A DNA stretch of 64,000 nucleotides from Alkalispirochaeta sp. (GCA_965601925.1 OZ271854.1:3648001-3712000), one strand, 5' to 3'; shown: positions 36,260 to 46,590, counted from the stretch's first letter. Notes: a model not told the origin generated them from the letters alone. Translations and numbers: made by a program.

Positions 36260-36625
36260 ATGAGCTCTTACACCGCCGGGCGTCTGGGAGAGGAACGCGC
36301 ACGCGCCTTTCTCGAGGAAAAAGGCTGGATCATCGCCGCCCAAAACTTTAGAACCCGGTGGGGAGAGGTCGATATTGTATGTGAGGCCGGCCGTCACTTG
36401 CTCTTCGTCGAGGTAAAGAGCTGGCGACGTTTCGACGCCGACAGCCTCATCCGAGCGCTGGGAACGCCCAAACAGCGGCGAATCATCGCGGCGGCTCGAA
36501 CATTCTTGATGGAGCATCCGGACCTCTCGGACCGGGTGGTGCGGTTTGATGTCGTGCTCGTCGATCCGCGCGGGGGCCCCATACGCCACATCGAGGGAGC
36601 ATTTGATTCGGAATGGCCAGGGTAG
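36260..36625 (+). CDS. yraN: YraN family (UPF0102) protein
   Basis: GRLGEE, GEVDIV, FVEVK, RFDVV. Confidence 0.93.
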   Translation: MSSYTAGRLGEERARAFLEEKGWIIAAQNFRTRWGEVDIVCEAGRHLLFVEVKSWRRFDADSLIRALGTPKQRRIIAAARTFLMEHPDLSDRVVRFDVVLVDPRGGPIRHIEGAFDSEWPG

Positions 36626-36831
36626 GAAGAGCGATCGATACAGGTAAAATTCTCCGTCTCAAACAGCAGATCGAGGACCCCACGTATGTTGAGGGCGCCG
36701 TGGATCGTCTTGCGGGGCGAATTACCGAGCGCCTTTTGGGGCTCGACGGCGTGCAGCCTTCGATATTCGGTCAACGGTCGGCAAGCTCTTCCAGGAGAGA
36801 CATCGCCTCGCTCCTCGACGATGAGGAGTAG
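36613..36831 (+). CDS. Small protein, FlgM C-terminal-like
   Basis: DTGKILRLKQQIEDPTY resembles the FlgM sigma28-binding helix. Confidence 0.5.
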   Translation: MARVGRAIDTGKILRLKQQIEDPTYVEGAVDRLAGRITERLLGLDGVQPSIFGQRSASSSRRDIASLLDDEE

Positions 36832-37541
36832 GGGCCCGAGGCGATCGTGATGAGCGCATCGAGGAGGGGCGGATACTCGGGGCTCCACGCGTTGCGACTG
36901 ATCACGCGCGCCGCCGCGACCAGACGCCTGATTTCCCCGTCGTTTTGCCCGCGCCTCGCCGCCGACCCCAACGCCTCGGCTACGGCCTGTAGATCACCGT
37001 CCGGATCTTCCCCCGGCACCGCTGCCAGAAGCTGCGCCGCCGAGACCCGCACCGCCGAGTCGATATCGGTCCGAAGGGTGGCACGCAATTGGCCCCGCGC
37101 CTCATTGCCGCCGATGTCCGCGAGAAGTATCAGGGCGTCGATCCGAGTCGCCGAGTCGACGCGATAATCCACCGGCGTCTCAAGAATGCGGTACTCCATA
37201 TCCAGAAGTTCGATGACAAGCGGTACGGTGGCTATTCGCATCTGGGCACGGCCGTAGCGCTCGATGTCGCCTCTGATCGACCGTAACGCATCGCGCTGAA
37301 TCTCGGGGAAGCGACTCTGAAGGCGCACCCGCGTCTCTACCGCCCGACGTTCTACTTCCGACGAGACCGATCCGACGGGTATCCAATCGGGCCGATCCGC
37401 CGATGGTATGCGGTCGTCGGACGCCGCCTCTCCGTTCGGAACTTGCGGGTGGATCGAAGTCGGAGTATAGAACACTATCGCAATGAAGAGCGACGCGGCG
37501 ATTCGCACGAGCGGCCGAGCGACCGAAAAGGAACGGGTCAC
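36771..37541 (-). CDS. HEAT-repeat-like secreted protein
   Basis: Signal-like N-terminus and helical repeats (VRVSAAQLLA); the longer ORF-track start would overlap coaD. Confidence 0.6.
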   Translation of the reverse strand: MTRSFSVARPLVRIAASLFIAIVFYTPTSIHPQVPNGEAASDDRIPSADRPDWIPVGSVSSEVERRAVETRVRLQSRFPEIQRDALRSIRGDIERYGRAQMRIATVPLVIELLDMEYRILETPVDYRVDSATRIDALILLADIGGNEARGQLRATLRTDIDSAVRVSAAQLLAAVPGEDPDGDLQAVAEALGSAARRGQNDGEIRRLVAAARVISRNAWSPEYPPLLDALITIASGPYSSSSRSEAMSLLEELADR

Positions 37542-37569
37542 ACAGAGAGAGTGATCGCTTGGGTATCCC

Positions 37570-37598
37570 TTGTCAACGACCGTGAGCGCCGATACTAT
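37570..37598 (+). promoter_or_regulatory. sigma70 promoter of coaD (probably leaderless)
   Basis: TTGTCA-17-TACTAT, 6 nt before the ATG. Confidence 0.65.
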
Positions 37599-37604
37599 GT
37601 GCCC

Positions 37605-38105
37605 ATGCTGCGCGTCCTTATGCCCGGCTCCTTCGATCCGCCGACCAACGGACACTTGAACTTGATAGAACGAGCGGTCCGTATTTACGATGAAATAGAG
37701 GTCGTCGTCGCCCAGAATAGCCAGAAACGATATACTTTCTCCGCCGATGAACGGGTGGAGATGATGGAATCCCTTACCGCCCAATGGGAGTCGGTGCACG
37801 TCCACGTCTGGGATCGCATGATCGTAGAGTTTGCCCGGAAGATCGGAGCGCGCGTCATGATTCGAGGTGTGCGCGCGCTTTCGGATTTCTCCTATGAGTT
37901 TGAACTCTCGATGCTTAACAAAGGACTCGATCCGGAAATCGAGACGATCTTCGTACCGACCGACGCGCAGTACTTCGTGCTGCGCTCCTCGGCGATTAAG
38001 GAACTCGTACGTCTCGGCGGCGACGTGAGCGCGATGGTGCCGCCCTTGGTAGAGGAACGTTTGCGCGACCGTATAACTCGTTCGTCGGTCGTCGACCGAG
38101 GTTGA
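37605..38105 (+). CDS. coaD: Phosphopantetheine adenylyltransferase
   Basis: PGSFDPPTNGH, IRGVR..SDFSYE, SSAIKE. Confidence 0.96.
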   Translation: MLRVLMPGSFDPPTNGHLNLIERAVRIYDEIEVVVAQNSQKRYTFSADERVEMMESLTAQWESVHVHVWDRMIVEFARKIGARVMIRGVRALSDFSYEFELSMLNKGLDPEIETIFVPTDAQYFVLRSSAIKELVRLGGDVSAMVPPLVEERLRDRITRSSVVDRG

Positions 38106-38130
38106 CAAAGGCGATACGCGTCGCTATTAT
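38102..38130 (+). promoter_or_regulatory. sigma70 promoter of rpmF-acpP-rnc
   Basis: TTGACA-17-TATTAT. Confidence 0.8.
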
Positions 38131-38163
38131 CGCATGATTCGTAGGAATAATTGGAAGGAAGCA

Positions 38164-38352
38164 ATGGCAGTACCAAAGGGAAAACATTCGAAATCACGAA
38201 CGCGGCGTCGCCGCAAGATAAATGCAAAACTTGGGGTGCCGACGCTGGTAACCTCGCCGGAGTCCGGCGAACTGGTGCGGCGCCATCGTGTGGATCTCTC
38301 TTCCGGCTTCTATCGCGGCAAACGCGTGATCGATACGGAAGACTTGAGTTAG
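38164..38352 (+). CDS. rpmF: 50S ribosomal protein L32 (Cys-free form)
   Basis: MAVPKGKHSKSRTRRRR...HRV...GFYRG. Confidence 0.95.
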   Translation: MAVPKGKHSKSRTRRRRKINAKLGVPTLVTSPESGELVRRHRVDLSSGFYRGKRVIDTEDLS

Positions 38353-38370
38353 CACAGGAGGAAGACTGTT

Positions 38371-38607
38371 ATGGACGAGCTGTTCGAGAAGATGAAGAAA
38401 CTGATCGCGGAGAAGTTGGAGATCGACGAGGAAAAGATCACCGCGGAATCCTCCTTTCGCCAGGATTTGGGCGCGGATAGCCTCGATACGTACGAACTGG
38501 TCTACGCCATCGAAGAAGAGATGGGTATCGCGATTCCCGACGAGAAGGCCAACGAATTCGAAACAGTAGGGGACGCCCTCGACTTCCTCAAAAGCCAGCA
38601 GAAATAA
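38371..38607 (+). CDS. acpP: Acyl carrier protein
   Basis: DLGADSLD phosphopantetheine site. Confidence 0.97.
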   Translation: MDELFEKMKKLIAEKLEIDEEKITAESSFRQDLGADSLDTYELVYAIEEEMGIAIPDEKANEFETVGDALDFLKSQQK

Positions 38608-38661
38608 TGCAGCGCGGTGCTCGGAGACCCGAAGCGAGTTCCGAGCACCCGCACGCCTTTC

Positions 38662-39465
38662 ATGTCTTTTTTGCGCACCCCACCACGCGGCAACATCGTA
38701 ACGAACGAACGAAAAAAAGAGCTACACCTGTTTGAGGGGTATACGGGCCTCCGATTTCGCAAGCTCGAGCTCTTGAATCAAGCGTTTTCTCACCGTTCAT
38801 ACGCCAACGAGGTCGGAGCCGACGTACACAACAACGAGCGGCTCGAGTTCTTGGGAGACTCGGTACTGGGATTGGTCGTCGCCGAACACCTGTACCGCGA
38901 ACTGTCCGACCGCCCAGAGGGGGATCTGGCGCGCATCAAGAGCTTCGTTGTAAGTGAGGATAGTTTGGCCGAGATTGCACGTCACATCCGCGTCGATAAC
39001 TTCATCCTCATCGGAAAGGGCGAAGAGCATTCAGGAGGACGCAGTAAGAAAGCGATCTTGGCAGACGCTATGGAGGCGATTATCGGCGCTTACTTCCTCG
39101 ATTCCGGTTTCAAGGCGGCACGAAAGTTCGTGCTCAAGCTCCTCGTCCCGGAAATTCGCAAAGTACTTGAAGATCGCCACCGCAAGGACTACAAGACGCT
39201 TCTGCAGGAGTTGGTACAGAAGCGTTTTAAGAGCTACCCTCGTTACACTCTAAAAAGCAAAACCGGCCCCGACCACGACAAAACCTTTTGGATGGAGGTC
39301 GACGTAGCCGGAACGCTCTACGGGCCCGGAAAGGGCAAAAACAAAAAAGAGGCCGAGCAGGCCGCCGCCCGTCTCGCCTGGCAGAAGATCTCCGGAGAAC
39401 CCACCGATACCGCGCCGTCTGCAGACCCCGAGCCGGCCTCCTCGAAGAGGAGAAAGAGGCGGTAA
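38662..39465 (+). CDS. rnc: Ribonuclease III
   Basis: NERLEFLGDSVL, ADAMEAIIGA, dsRBD DYKTLLQE; start uncertain. Confidence 0.96.
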   Translation: MSFLRTPPRGNIVTNERKKELHLFEGYTGLRFRKLELLNQAFSHRSYANEVGADVHNNERLEFLGDSVLGLVVAEHLYRELSDRPEGDLARIKSFVVSEDSLAEIARHIRVDNFILIGKGEEHSGGRSKKAILADAMEAIIGAYFLDSGFKAARKFVLKLLVPEIRKVLEDRHRKDYKTLLQELVQKRFKSYPRYTLKSKTGPDHDKTFWMEVDVAGTLYGPGKGKNKKEAEQAAARLAWQKISGEPTDTAPSADPEPASSKRRKRR

Positions 39466-39479
39466 CCCGTCTCCTCAAA

Positions 39480-40838
39480 TCACTCCCCGTTTTTGAGCCG
39501 TTGCCGATAGAACCGAGTCGCGATCTCAAGGAGGGTAGGGCGTGTATTGAGGCTCGGGTCGTCGATGACGGTCTGAAGAAGCTCTCTCAGTATCACGCCG
39601 ATGGACGGCCCCGCGCGAAGCGACAACTCCGACATGAGATCACGCCCGTTTATCGCCAAATCCTTCGTCGTGACCGCCGGGCGCGCTTCTAAAAGTCCTT
39701 CGAGACGACGCTCGAGGCGTGAGAGGTCCTCATACGATACCGGAGAGTCTACAACCTTTCCGCAGCGGTCCGCGCGACGAAGCGCGACAAGCGGTAAGGC
39801 GTACTCGGTGCCGACGCGAGCGAGAAAGCGACGTAGCGCCGCCTCGGAGGACTCGTGGTCGACGCCGAACATGTGATGGGCGATGAGGTGCGTCACTCGC
39901 TTGATGAGGTCGTTGGATGAACGCAGGCGCGTGAGTATATCGCGCGCCATCTCGGCCGACATGGTGTCATGTCCGTGAAAGTGGATGCCGCGCTCATCCC
40001 GGTCGAGACAGCGCGGCTTTGCCACATCGTGTAACAGCGCCGCCCAGCGAAGCACCGCATTTGATGCCGGAACGCAGTCACAGCTGGCGAGAAGATGGTC
40101 GAATACGGGGACGATCTCTCCGGTGTGAGGCGAGGGAGCCCGGTCTTCCAGAAGCTCCGGTATGAGGTGCTCCAAAAGACCGGTATCGCGCATAAGGCGC
40201 CAACCGACCGACGGGAGGCGCGATTCCATTATCTTCGAGAGCTCCTGAAGCACCCGTTCCATCGAGACGGCACCGATATCGCCCGCGCGACCGACGATGG
40301 CGTCGCGGGTCTCGTCGTCCATCTCGAACTCGAGAGACGCAGTCAGACGAACTGCGCGTAACATCCGTAACGCGTCCTCGGTAAATCGAGCTTCGGCGAC
40401 TCCCACGGTTCGAATGATGCGGCGGCGGAGATCGCCCCGCCCGTCGTGCGGATCGGTGATGACGCCGGTCATCGGATCCAGCGCGATCGCATTGATGGTA
40501 AGGTCGCGGCGCTTCAGGTCTTCGGCGAGTGTCCGGGTGAAGGTAACGCTGTCGGGTCGGCGGTGGTCTTCGTACGTTCCGTCGACCCGATATGTCGTGA
40601 CCTCGAGCTGTTTCCCCTCGAATATGACCGTGACGGTACCGTGGCGAATACCGGTGGGGATGGAGCGGCGAAACAGCGTCATCACCTCCTCCGGCGTGGC
40701 CGAGGTCGCAAAATCGTAGTCGGTAACGCGTCGTCCGAGCAATGCGTCGCGCACCGCGCCGCCGACGATGTACAGCTCGAATCCGTGCTCGGTGAACACA
40801 CGCGCAAAGCGGCGAATCGTGTGGGGAACGAAAACCAT
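39480..40838 (-). CDS. CCA tRNA nucleotidyltransferase / poly(A) polymerase family with HD domain
   Basis: VGGAVRD, DYD, DLKRRDLTINA, EDALRMLRA, LLHDVAKP. Confidence 0.93.
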   Translation of the reverse strand: MVFVPHTIRRFARVFTEHGFELYIVGGAVRDALLGRRVTDYDFATSATPEEVMTLFRRSIPTGIRHGTVTVIFEGKQLEVTTYRVDGTYEDHRRPDSVTFTRTLAEDLKRRDLTINAIALDPMTGVITDPHDGRGDLRRRIIRTVGVAEARFTEDALRMLRAVRLTASLEFEMDDETRDAIVGRAGDIGAVSMERVLQELSKIMESRLPSVGWRLMRDTGLLEHLIPELLEDRAPSPHTGEIVPVFDHLLASCDCVPASNAVLRWAALLHDVAKPRCLDRDERGIHFHGHDTMSAEMARDILTRLRSSNDLIKRVTHLIAHHMFGVDHESSEAALRRFLARVGTEYALPLVALRRADRCGKVVDSPVSYEDLSRLERRLEGLLEARPAVTTKDLAINGRDLMSELSLRAGPSIGVILRELLQTVIDDPSLNTRPTLLEIATRFYRQRLKNGE

Positions 40839-40946
40839 GTAGTGCGACGGTAGCCTCAGCGGTCGGACGCTGTCAATGTTTCCTCATACGCGAAGCACTT
40901 TCGGGCGCTCCGTTGTTCTTGTGGTGCGGTGTGGGTAATGCGAAAT

Positions 40947-40984
40947 AAAAAAAGGGGCGCCCAATCTGGACGACCCCTCTTTTT
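40947..40984 (-). terminator. Intrinsic terminator after flagellin
   Basis: AGGGG.../CCCCT imperfect stem flanked by A and T tracts. Confidence 0.7.
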
Positions 40985-41000
40985 GTTTTGATCGGTACTG

Positions 41001-41873
41001 TTACTGCAACAGCTGCAATACCGACTGTGTGGTCTGGTTGGCCTGAGCGAGCATCGCGGTAGAGGACTGAACCAAGATCTGATTCTTGGTGTAGTCGACC
41101 ACCTCTTGGGCCATATCCACGTCGCGGATGCGCGACTCGGCGGCCTGGAGATTCTCGGCTCCGACGCTGAGACCGATACGCGCCATGTCCAGACGGTTCT
41201 GGTAGGCGCCGAGGTCCGCACGCTGCTTGCTTACGGTACGCAAGGCTGCGTCGACCACTGCAATCGACGAGTTCGCCGAGTCCGGAGTGGACAGGCTGAT
41301 GAAGCTCGCCGTGTGGGGAAGTCCGGAGGTGCTTTGGAGACCAAGACCCTGGGCGGTCATCGTACCGATGAAGATACGTTCGCGCTGGTCCATGTTGGCA
41401 CCGATGTGGAACCACATACTCGCGGTCACCACGTTGGTACCGGTTTCTCGGGCAAACCGTCCGGTCAGGAGATTCATACCGTTGAACTGAGCGTGCGAGG
41501 CGATACGGTTGATCTCGTCGACCAACTGCGATACCTCGACCTGAATCTGCATCCGATCTTCATCGGTGTAGATTCCGTTCGACGACTGAACCGCCAGCTC
41601 GCGCAGGCGTTGCAGGATATCCTGCGTCTCCTGGAGATACCCCTCCGTAGTCTGAATGAGCGAAATACCGTCGGCCGCGTTCCGCTCGGCCTGATTCAGA
41701 CCGCGGATCTGGGACCGCATTTTCTCACTCACCGCAAGACCACTTGCATCATCACCGGCACGATTGATTCGCACGCCGCTTGACAACTTCTCGATGTTCT
41801 TTTGGACATCGATGTTGTTGAACTTCTGCTCGCGTTGGGCGAACATCGCGCTCATGTTGTGATTGATGATCAT
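41001..41873 (-). CDS. flaB: Flagellar filament core protein (FlaB-type flagellin)
   Basis: [38 protein letters not shown]; 290 aa; SD AAGGAGG. Confidence 0.97.
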   Translation of the reverse strand: MIINHNMSAMFAQREQKFNNIDVQKNIEKLSSGVRINRAGDDASGLAVSEKMRSQIRGLNQAERNAADGISLIQTTEGYLQETQDILQRLRELAVQSSNGIYTDEDRMQIQVEVSQLVDEINRIASHAQFNGMNLLTGRFARETGTNVVTASMWFHIGANMDQRERIFIGTMTAQGLGLQSTSGLPHTASFISLSTPDSANSSIAVVDAALRTVSKQRADLGAYQNRLDMARIGLSVGAENLQAAESRIRDVDMAQEVVDYTKNQILVQSSTAMLAQANQTTQSVLQLLQ

Positions 41874-41896
41874 CTCATCCTCCTTGATGGTTTTTT

Positions 41897-41949
41897 GAGG
41901 ACGTCCCTGTCCTCGGTTTGAGCATCGGCGCGTTTCGCGGCCGACTTGA
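41897..41949 (-). promoter_or_regulatory. sigma28 promoter and CsrA-type hairpin upstream of flagellin
   Basis: Minus strand TCAAG-15-GCCGATGC; leader hairpin GAGGAC-AGGGAC-GTCCTC with GGA in the loop. Confidence 0.75.
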
Positions 41950-41996
41950 GCGCTTCGTACTTTGACGCATGGCCTCGACAGACGTAGGATAGGGCG

Positions 41997-42641
41997 ATGC
42001 AATACGACGTGGGTTTGGTCATCACCGGTGGGAACGCGCCGTCGGTACCGATACGTATCATCGGGGAACGGCGTTGCCTCGTCGTCGCCGCCGACTCCGG
42101 TTTGGAACACGCCGCTCGGTGGAACATCACGCCCCACGCAATCGTCGGCGATATGGATTCGCTGACCGACCTTTCCCTTATCCAGAACTATACCGATAGT
42201 GTGGTAGAGCGGTACGATACGGCGAAGGATAAGACCGACACCGAGATCGCCCTCGATTTCGTCTGGAAACGGGGTGTGAATCGCGTTACGATCGTCGGTG
42301 GCGGGGGAGGCCGGCTGGATCATCTCATCGGAATTCTGTCTTTGTTCGAACGGGATCGATATCCGACGCGATGGGTCACCGACCGGGATGAGGTAATCGT
42401 TCTCGATTCGACACATACATTTCCGTGTACACTCGGAGAGGTCGTTTCGTTTTTCCCCGTTGGTCGACGGCGATGCACCATGAGAACCGAGGGCCTGCGA
42501 TGGCCGCTCGACGAACTTGCGTGGGAGCGAGGCGATGTGGGAGTCAGCAATGAATGCGTGGCAGAGTCATGTCGGGTAGAGATGTCGAGCGGTCGGCTCC
42601 TTATGGTGCGTCCTCTCCGGCCTCCGGTATCGGTCCCGTAG
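41997..42641 (+). CDS. Thiamine diphosphokinase
   Basis: [30 protein letters not shown]. Confidence 0.92.
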   Translation: MQYDVGLVITGGNAPSVPIRIIGERRCLVVAADSGLEHAARWNITPHAIVGDMDSLTDLSLIQNYTDSVVERYDTAKDKTDTEIALDFVWKRGVNRVTIVGGGGGRLDHLIGILSLFERDRYPTRWVTDRDEVIVLDSTHTFPCTLGEVVSFFPVGRRRCTMRTEGLRWPLDELAWERGDVGVSNECVAESCRVEMSSGRLLMVRPLRPPVSVP

Positions 42642-42649
42642 GTCCCGGT

Positions 42650-44410
42650 GTGGACGAGCTTGCCCGCGCGCTCACCGAACGCGAACGACGCGCATTGTTG
42701 GAACGGATCGCGAAGAGTCTCAGTGTACAGGACGACGACAGACGACGGATCATCCACGGCGAGCTGCGTCGCGAGCGCCGTACGGATCTAATCGCCACCG
42801 ATATGGGTCGCCTCACGTTCTGGGAAAAGGCACGGTTATGGTTTCGGCGCTGGATGTCCGGGCAGAGCGATGAGGAGGTTTTCGTTCGGTTTCGACTTCG
42901 CCAGGCGCGTGATCGAGTACGGGCCGCCCAGGAGGTGTTCGTCGATTTCGACAACAGAGCGATTCTCGAGGGCTTACCGGAAGCAACGCGTACTCTTTGT
43001 CGTCGCGCCGTCGCGGTTCGTAACTTCTTCACTTTCATATGGCACGACACGGAAACGCTGCGGGGCGTGCTGGACCATCTCCTTGCCAAGCGCGTTCCCG
43101 ATGCAAAGCGGTCTCTGAACCAGTTTTGCGCTACCCACGAGCTCCAGGAGGTCTTTCGTAAGACGGAGTCGCGCAGCCAACTCAAGCAATTGGTACTGGA
43201 ACGCGTCAGCGACTATATCAATCGAATCCCGCCGTCGGTTATCGAGGAGCTCGAAGCGGGACTCAAGCCGCTTTACATGTTGAAAGATCTCGTGCTCTTC
43301 GATTTTGACGGATTCTATGTGCAGTTTCAGGCTACCGAGGAGGATGCGCGCTCGTCGGACGAGAGTATTTTCCACAGCGCCGCGGCGCACCGCGTGCTCG
43401 ATCATCTCGAACGCCTCTATCTGGCCCTCTACAATACGAGTCAGATCGCCGAAGAGGGCGTCATGTACCCCGAAGTGCTGAACTACTACTTTGCAGCGCG
43501 CAGCGGTACGCTTCCGGACGAGGACGTGCTCGCCGTTCCCGACGCACCGCGTGCTCCGGAGTTGCGCGCGGCGATCGATCGTCTGGTCGAAGAGGCGCAT
43601 CGGCTTCGGCAGGCTATACCGCTAACCGATATCATTCGGTTCTTTCGCGACGATCCGTACTATCGGTTTCTCGCCTACATACCGACGCTGAAGCTTCGCG
43701 ATTTTTACTACTCCAACCTCAAGATCGAGGTTCTGCAAGAGTTGGATCGGCGATTTAAGGATGTTCGGCTGGGAGCCGTCGGGCAGATAATCCAGGAGGT
43801 ATTCCCCGACGGTCTCCTGCATCTCGAGTACTTTCACCCCGAAATACAAGCCGGAATCAAGCGCGCGGGGATCGGACAGCTGCAAGTTTATCGATCGCTC
43901 CAGGTCATACATACCTTCATTCGGTCGGTGTACCGTAAGGGATTACTGGATTTCATAAGAGTGCTCGGACGTCTCCTCCCGGCGCGCACCACGCGCTCCG
44001 GCGTCGATCTCTCTTTGCATATCGCCGGCCTCGACGATATCGCTGAGCGGTTGCGCGATTTTGATCTTTCTTTTTCTCCCGAGTCCGAGGAGGGCAAAAG
44101 ATTTTATCGGTATGCGACCTCAGAGCGCGATGTCGTGGAGCTAAACACCTTCAGAGCGTTGGTGACCCAAAAGGAACGCGACGCCCAGGGGATTATCGAG
44201 AAGTTTCACGACCAGATACACGGCGTGAGACAGATACTCGATCTGGTCAAGAAGACCCCGCACCAACAGGCGAGCGAACGATACGGCGCGATTGAGTCTC
44301 CATCAGGCGTCGATAATGGTTTTGATGAGCGTCTCGATGCATCGGTACGCGCCATCGAGAGCACCGAGAAAATTCTTAGCCAAATGATCAACGTCGAGGG
44401 TGAGACGTAA
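42650..44410 (+). CDS. Conserved hypothetical helical protein (DUF5312-like)
   Basis: Long ORF starting DELARALTERERRALLERI; family recalled, not verified. Confidence 0.6.
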   Translation: MDELARALTERERRALLERIAKSLSVQDDDRRRIIHGELRRERRTDLIATDMGRLTFWEKARLWFRRWMSGQSDEEVFVRFRLRQARDRVRAAQEVFVDFDNRAILEGLPEATRTLCRRAVAVRNFFTFIWHDTETLRGVLDHLLAKRVPDAKRSLNQFCATHELQEVFRKTESRSQLKQLVLERVSDYINRIPPSVIEELEAGLKPLYMLKDLVLFDFDGFYVQFQATEEDARSSDESIFHSAAAHRVLDHLERLYLALYNTSQIAEEGVMYPEVLNYYFAARSGTLPDEDVLAVPDAPRAPELRAAIDRLVEEAHRLRQAIPLTDIIRFFRDDPYYRFLAYIPTLKLRDFYYSNLKIEVLQELDRRFKDVRLGAVGQIIQEVFPDGLLHLEYFHPEIQAGIKRAGIGQLQVYRSLQVIHTFIRSVYRKGLLDFIRVLGRLLPARTTRSGVDLSLHIAGLDDIAERLRDFDLSFSPESEEGKRFYRYATSERDVVELNTFRALVTQKERDAQGIIEKFHDQIHGVRQILDLVKKTPHQQASERYGAIESPSGVDNGFDERLDASVRAIESTEKILSQMINVEGET

Positions 44411-44433
44411 ACGCTCCTCGCGGCGCGCGATCA

Positions 44434-45300
44434 TCAGGGAGCTGCGTCCTCCGGTTCCGTCTGCGACAGCCCCAGCGCGTCAAGAGCGAGAACATCCCGG
44501 CCGTTTCGAGCGGCAATCTCCAGATAATCGAGGAGAATCGGATACTCGGTGAGGATGCGACCGTACCGTTGCAGATCCTCCATCATCTGGTCGGTGCCGG
44601 CACGCTGTACCGCGAGCTCGGCCACCGCCTGTAGCAGCGCCTCGTCGCGTGCCGCCTGCACTTCCAGATAGGTCTCACGGCCCAACCGGTATAGTTCGAG
44701 GTCCGGTACGATCAATTCTTCGATGACGACCGCTTGGATTTCGTATTCCGCCATGCGCCGCTGCAACTGATCGGCGATCGCCTGAGCCACCTCATCCGAC
44801 AGGGCGGCGCCGGCTCCCGAGCGGGATGCGGTAGCGAGGAGCGCTCGTTCCGTAATCCGTACGACGAGGGAGCGTATTTCGTCGTCGGCCTGTTCGTACC
44901 AATCGGGAAAACCGGCGGGGGTGAGGCCCATGGGAGCCAGTTCGGCGACCGCCGTCGCAGCTACCCTATACCGCACGAGGGCCGCTATCTCCTGTTCAAG
45001 AGCCGGTTCACCCTCCAGATACTGCCGGTATAGCTCCGCGGAGGGCAGGCTTCTCGTTGCGCGCACCCTCACCGTTCTGCTCTCCGTCGAGAATCGGTGG
45101 AGCGTCGCGTTTGTCGGAATAAGGAGCTCCCATCGCCACGCAAACTCGCCCGGGATTATGGGTGTGCGATCCCAGCCCGACGTCTTGCTGAACATGATCG
45201 CCGTCGTCCCCGCTTGTAGGCGCAGCGGCACATACCCGACGCCGAAGCCGGCCCCGGCGAGAAGAATAAGAATTACGAGAATGATAAAGAATTTCTTCAC
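44434..45300 (-). CDS. Membrane-anchored SPFH-like protein
   Basis: N-terminal TM, PGEFAWRWELLIP, coiled-coil tail. Confidence 0.6.
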   Translation of the reverse strand: MKKFFIILVILILLAGAGFGVGYVPLRLQAGTTAIMFSKTSGWDRTPIIPGEFAWRWELLIPTNATLHRFSTESRTVRVRATRSLPSAELYRQYLEGEPALEQEIAALVRYRVAATAVAELAPMGLTPAGFPDWYEQADDEIRSLVVRITERALLATASRSGAGAALSDEVAQAIADQLQRRMAEYEIQAVVIEELIVPDLELYRLGRETYLEVQAARDEALLQAVAELAVQRAGTDQMMEDLQRYGRILTEYPILLDYLEIAARNGRDVLALDALGLSQTEPEDAAP

Positions 45301-46193
45301 GACTCCGGTTCCTCTTTGATCAATCCGACGAGCTCCGAAAGCTCGGTGATTACCGCGTCCGGCCGGATCTCCGTGACGTCGGGATGGTCGCGACGCAGTC
45401 GCAGTGAACGTTCGTCGCCGGCAAAGAGCGCGGTCCTAATACCCGCCGCCGCCGCTCCGGCGATATCATTGAGCATATCGTTCCCGACATACAGAATCCG
45501 GTTTGCGTCGATTCCTTCGTTGCGCATTTCGACTACGAGCCGGTCGAACAGTTCGCGCGAGGGCTTTGCCGAGCGATACTCGTACGACCAAATCGCCGGT
45601 GCGATGCCGAGATCCTCTATCGAGCGCTCAAAGAGCGCCTCCACAATGAGTGGAGTGTAGAACTGGGCGTTGGAGACGATCGCCAGGCGGACTCCGGCGG
45701 CGCGAAGGGAGCGTACGGTTTCGGCGGCACCGGGCATGGGCCAGACGGGATTGACCGTTAACTCGAAGCGGAGCGCTGCAAGCGAGACGGCGTACGGATC
45801 TTCCGTGTAGTTCGGGACGAACTCGCGTGCGACGGTCGACCAAATCTCGCGAATGTCGACCTCGGGACGACGGATACCGCTCCGTGCACCGCGCTCGTGC
45901 TCTTGGGCAATTGCGGCGTCGAACGCCTTGGGCAGATCCGTAACCCGATCCGCGGGTATTGCCAACACTTCGGCCGCTGCGGCGAATCCCAACCCGCGGT
46001 GCTCATCGGCTGCGGTGAGCCCGATATCCCCGGCCGATGAAGTCACGAGTGTACCGTACACATCGAGAGCGACACACCGAATATCGGCAAGCCCCGCACC
46101 GCGAGGAGAGATCTCCGTTGGAATGGGATGGATCGGCGCGGACTTTTCGACGATTTCTCGTAGCAACCGCTGTTTTTGCCGGGGATCAAGCAT
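45297..46193 (-). CDS. HAD-superfamily hydrolase
   Basis: LDVYGTL, VSNA, KP, VGNDMLNDI. Confidence 0.9.
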   Translation of the reverse strand: MLDPRQKQRLLREIVEKSAPIHPIPTEISPRGAGLADIRCVALDVYGTLVTSSAGDIGLTAADEHRGLGFAAAAEVLAIPADRVTDLPKAFDAAIAQEHERGARSGIRRPEVDIREIWSTVAREFVPNYTEDPYAVSLAALRFELTVNPVWPMPGAAETVRSLRAAGVRLAIVSNAQFYTPLIVEALFERSIEDLGIAPAIWSYEYRSAKPSRELFDRLVVEMRNEGIDANRILYVGNDMLNDIAGAAAAGIRTALFAGDERSLRLRRDHPDVTEIRPDAVITELSELVGLIKEEPES

Positions 46194-46220
46194 GTATACT
46201 CGGATACTACGATAAGGCCT

Positions 46221-46565
46221 ATGCAAGATCAAGCAAGTGTGATTCGTCGGTCGGTCGATCTGTTGGAGCGCGCCGTCATCTTAGTGTTCGGGACGGTGCT
46301 GCTGCTCGCCGTCCTTTTTGTGGCCGGCAACTATCAGAACTTCACCGACGTGACGCAGCTTCAGCTTCTCGGTGCGTTGCAGGCCTTGTCGGGAGTGAGT
46401 ACCGTTCTTACCGCTCTCACGGGTGTGCTGGAACTCGTTGTGACCGTCCGTTTGCGTGAGTGGCGGGGCCTTTGGCGGCTCGGTGTGCTTCTCGTCGCGA
46501 CCGTTGTATCCTTTGGTCTCACCGTCGGGAGTAGCGGCATTCTCGTTTTTTTGAGACCTCTCTAA
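46221..46565 (+). CDS. Small membrane protein (3 TM)
   Basis: Three hydrophobic segments. Confidence 0.7.
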   Translation: MQDQASVIRRSVDLLERAVILVFGTVLLLAVLFVAGNYQNFTDVTQLQLLGALQALSGVSTVLTALTGVLELVVTVRLREWRGLWRLGVLLVATVVSFGLTVGSSGILVFLRPL

Positions 46566-46590
46566 GCGGTGAAGTACGACAGCCGATGTA

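Noticed and set aside
37542..38108. Extension of the minus-strand HEAT-like ORF
   Set aside because: It is the antisense shadow of coaD.
41874..42416. Apparent 181-aa N-terminal extension of flagellin
   Set aside because: It overlaps the thiamine diphosphokinase gene on the other strand; the SD and sigma28 promoter place the start at 41873.
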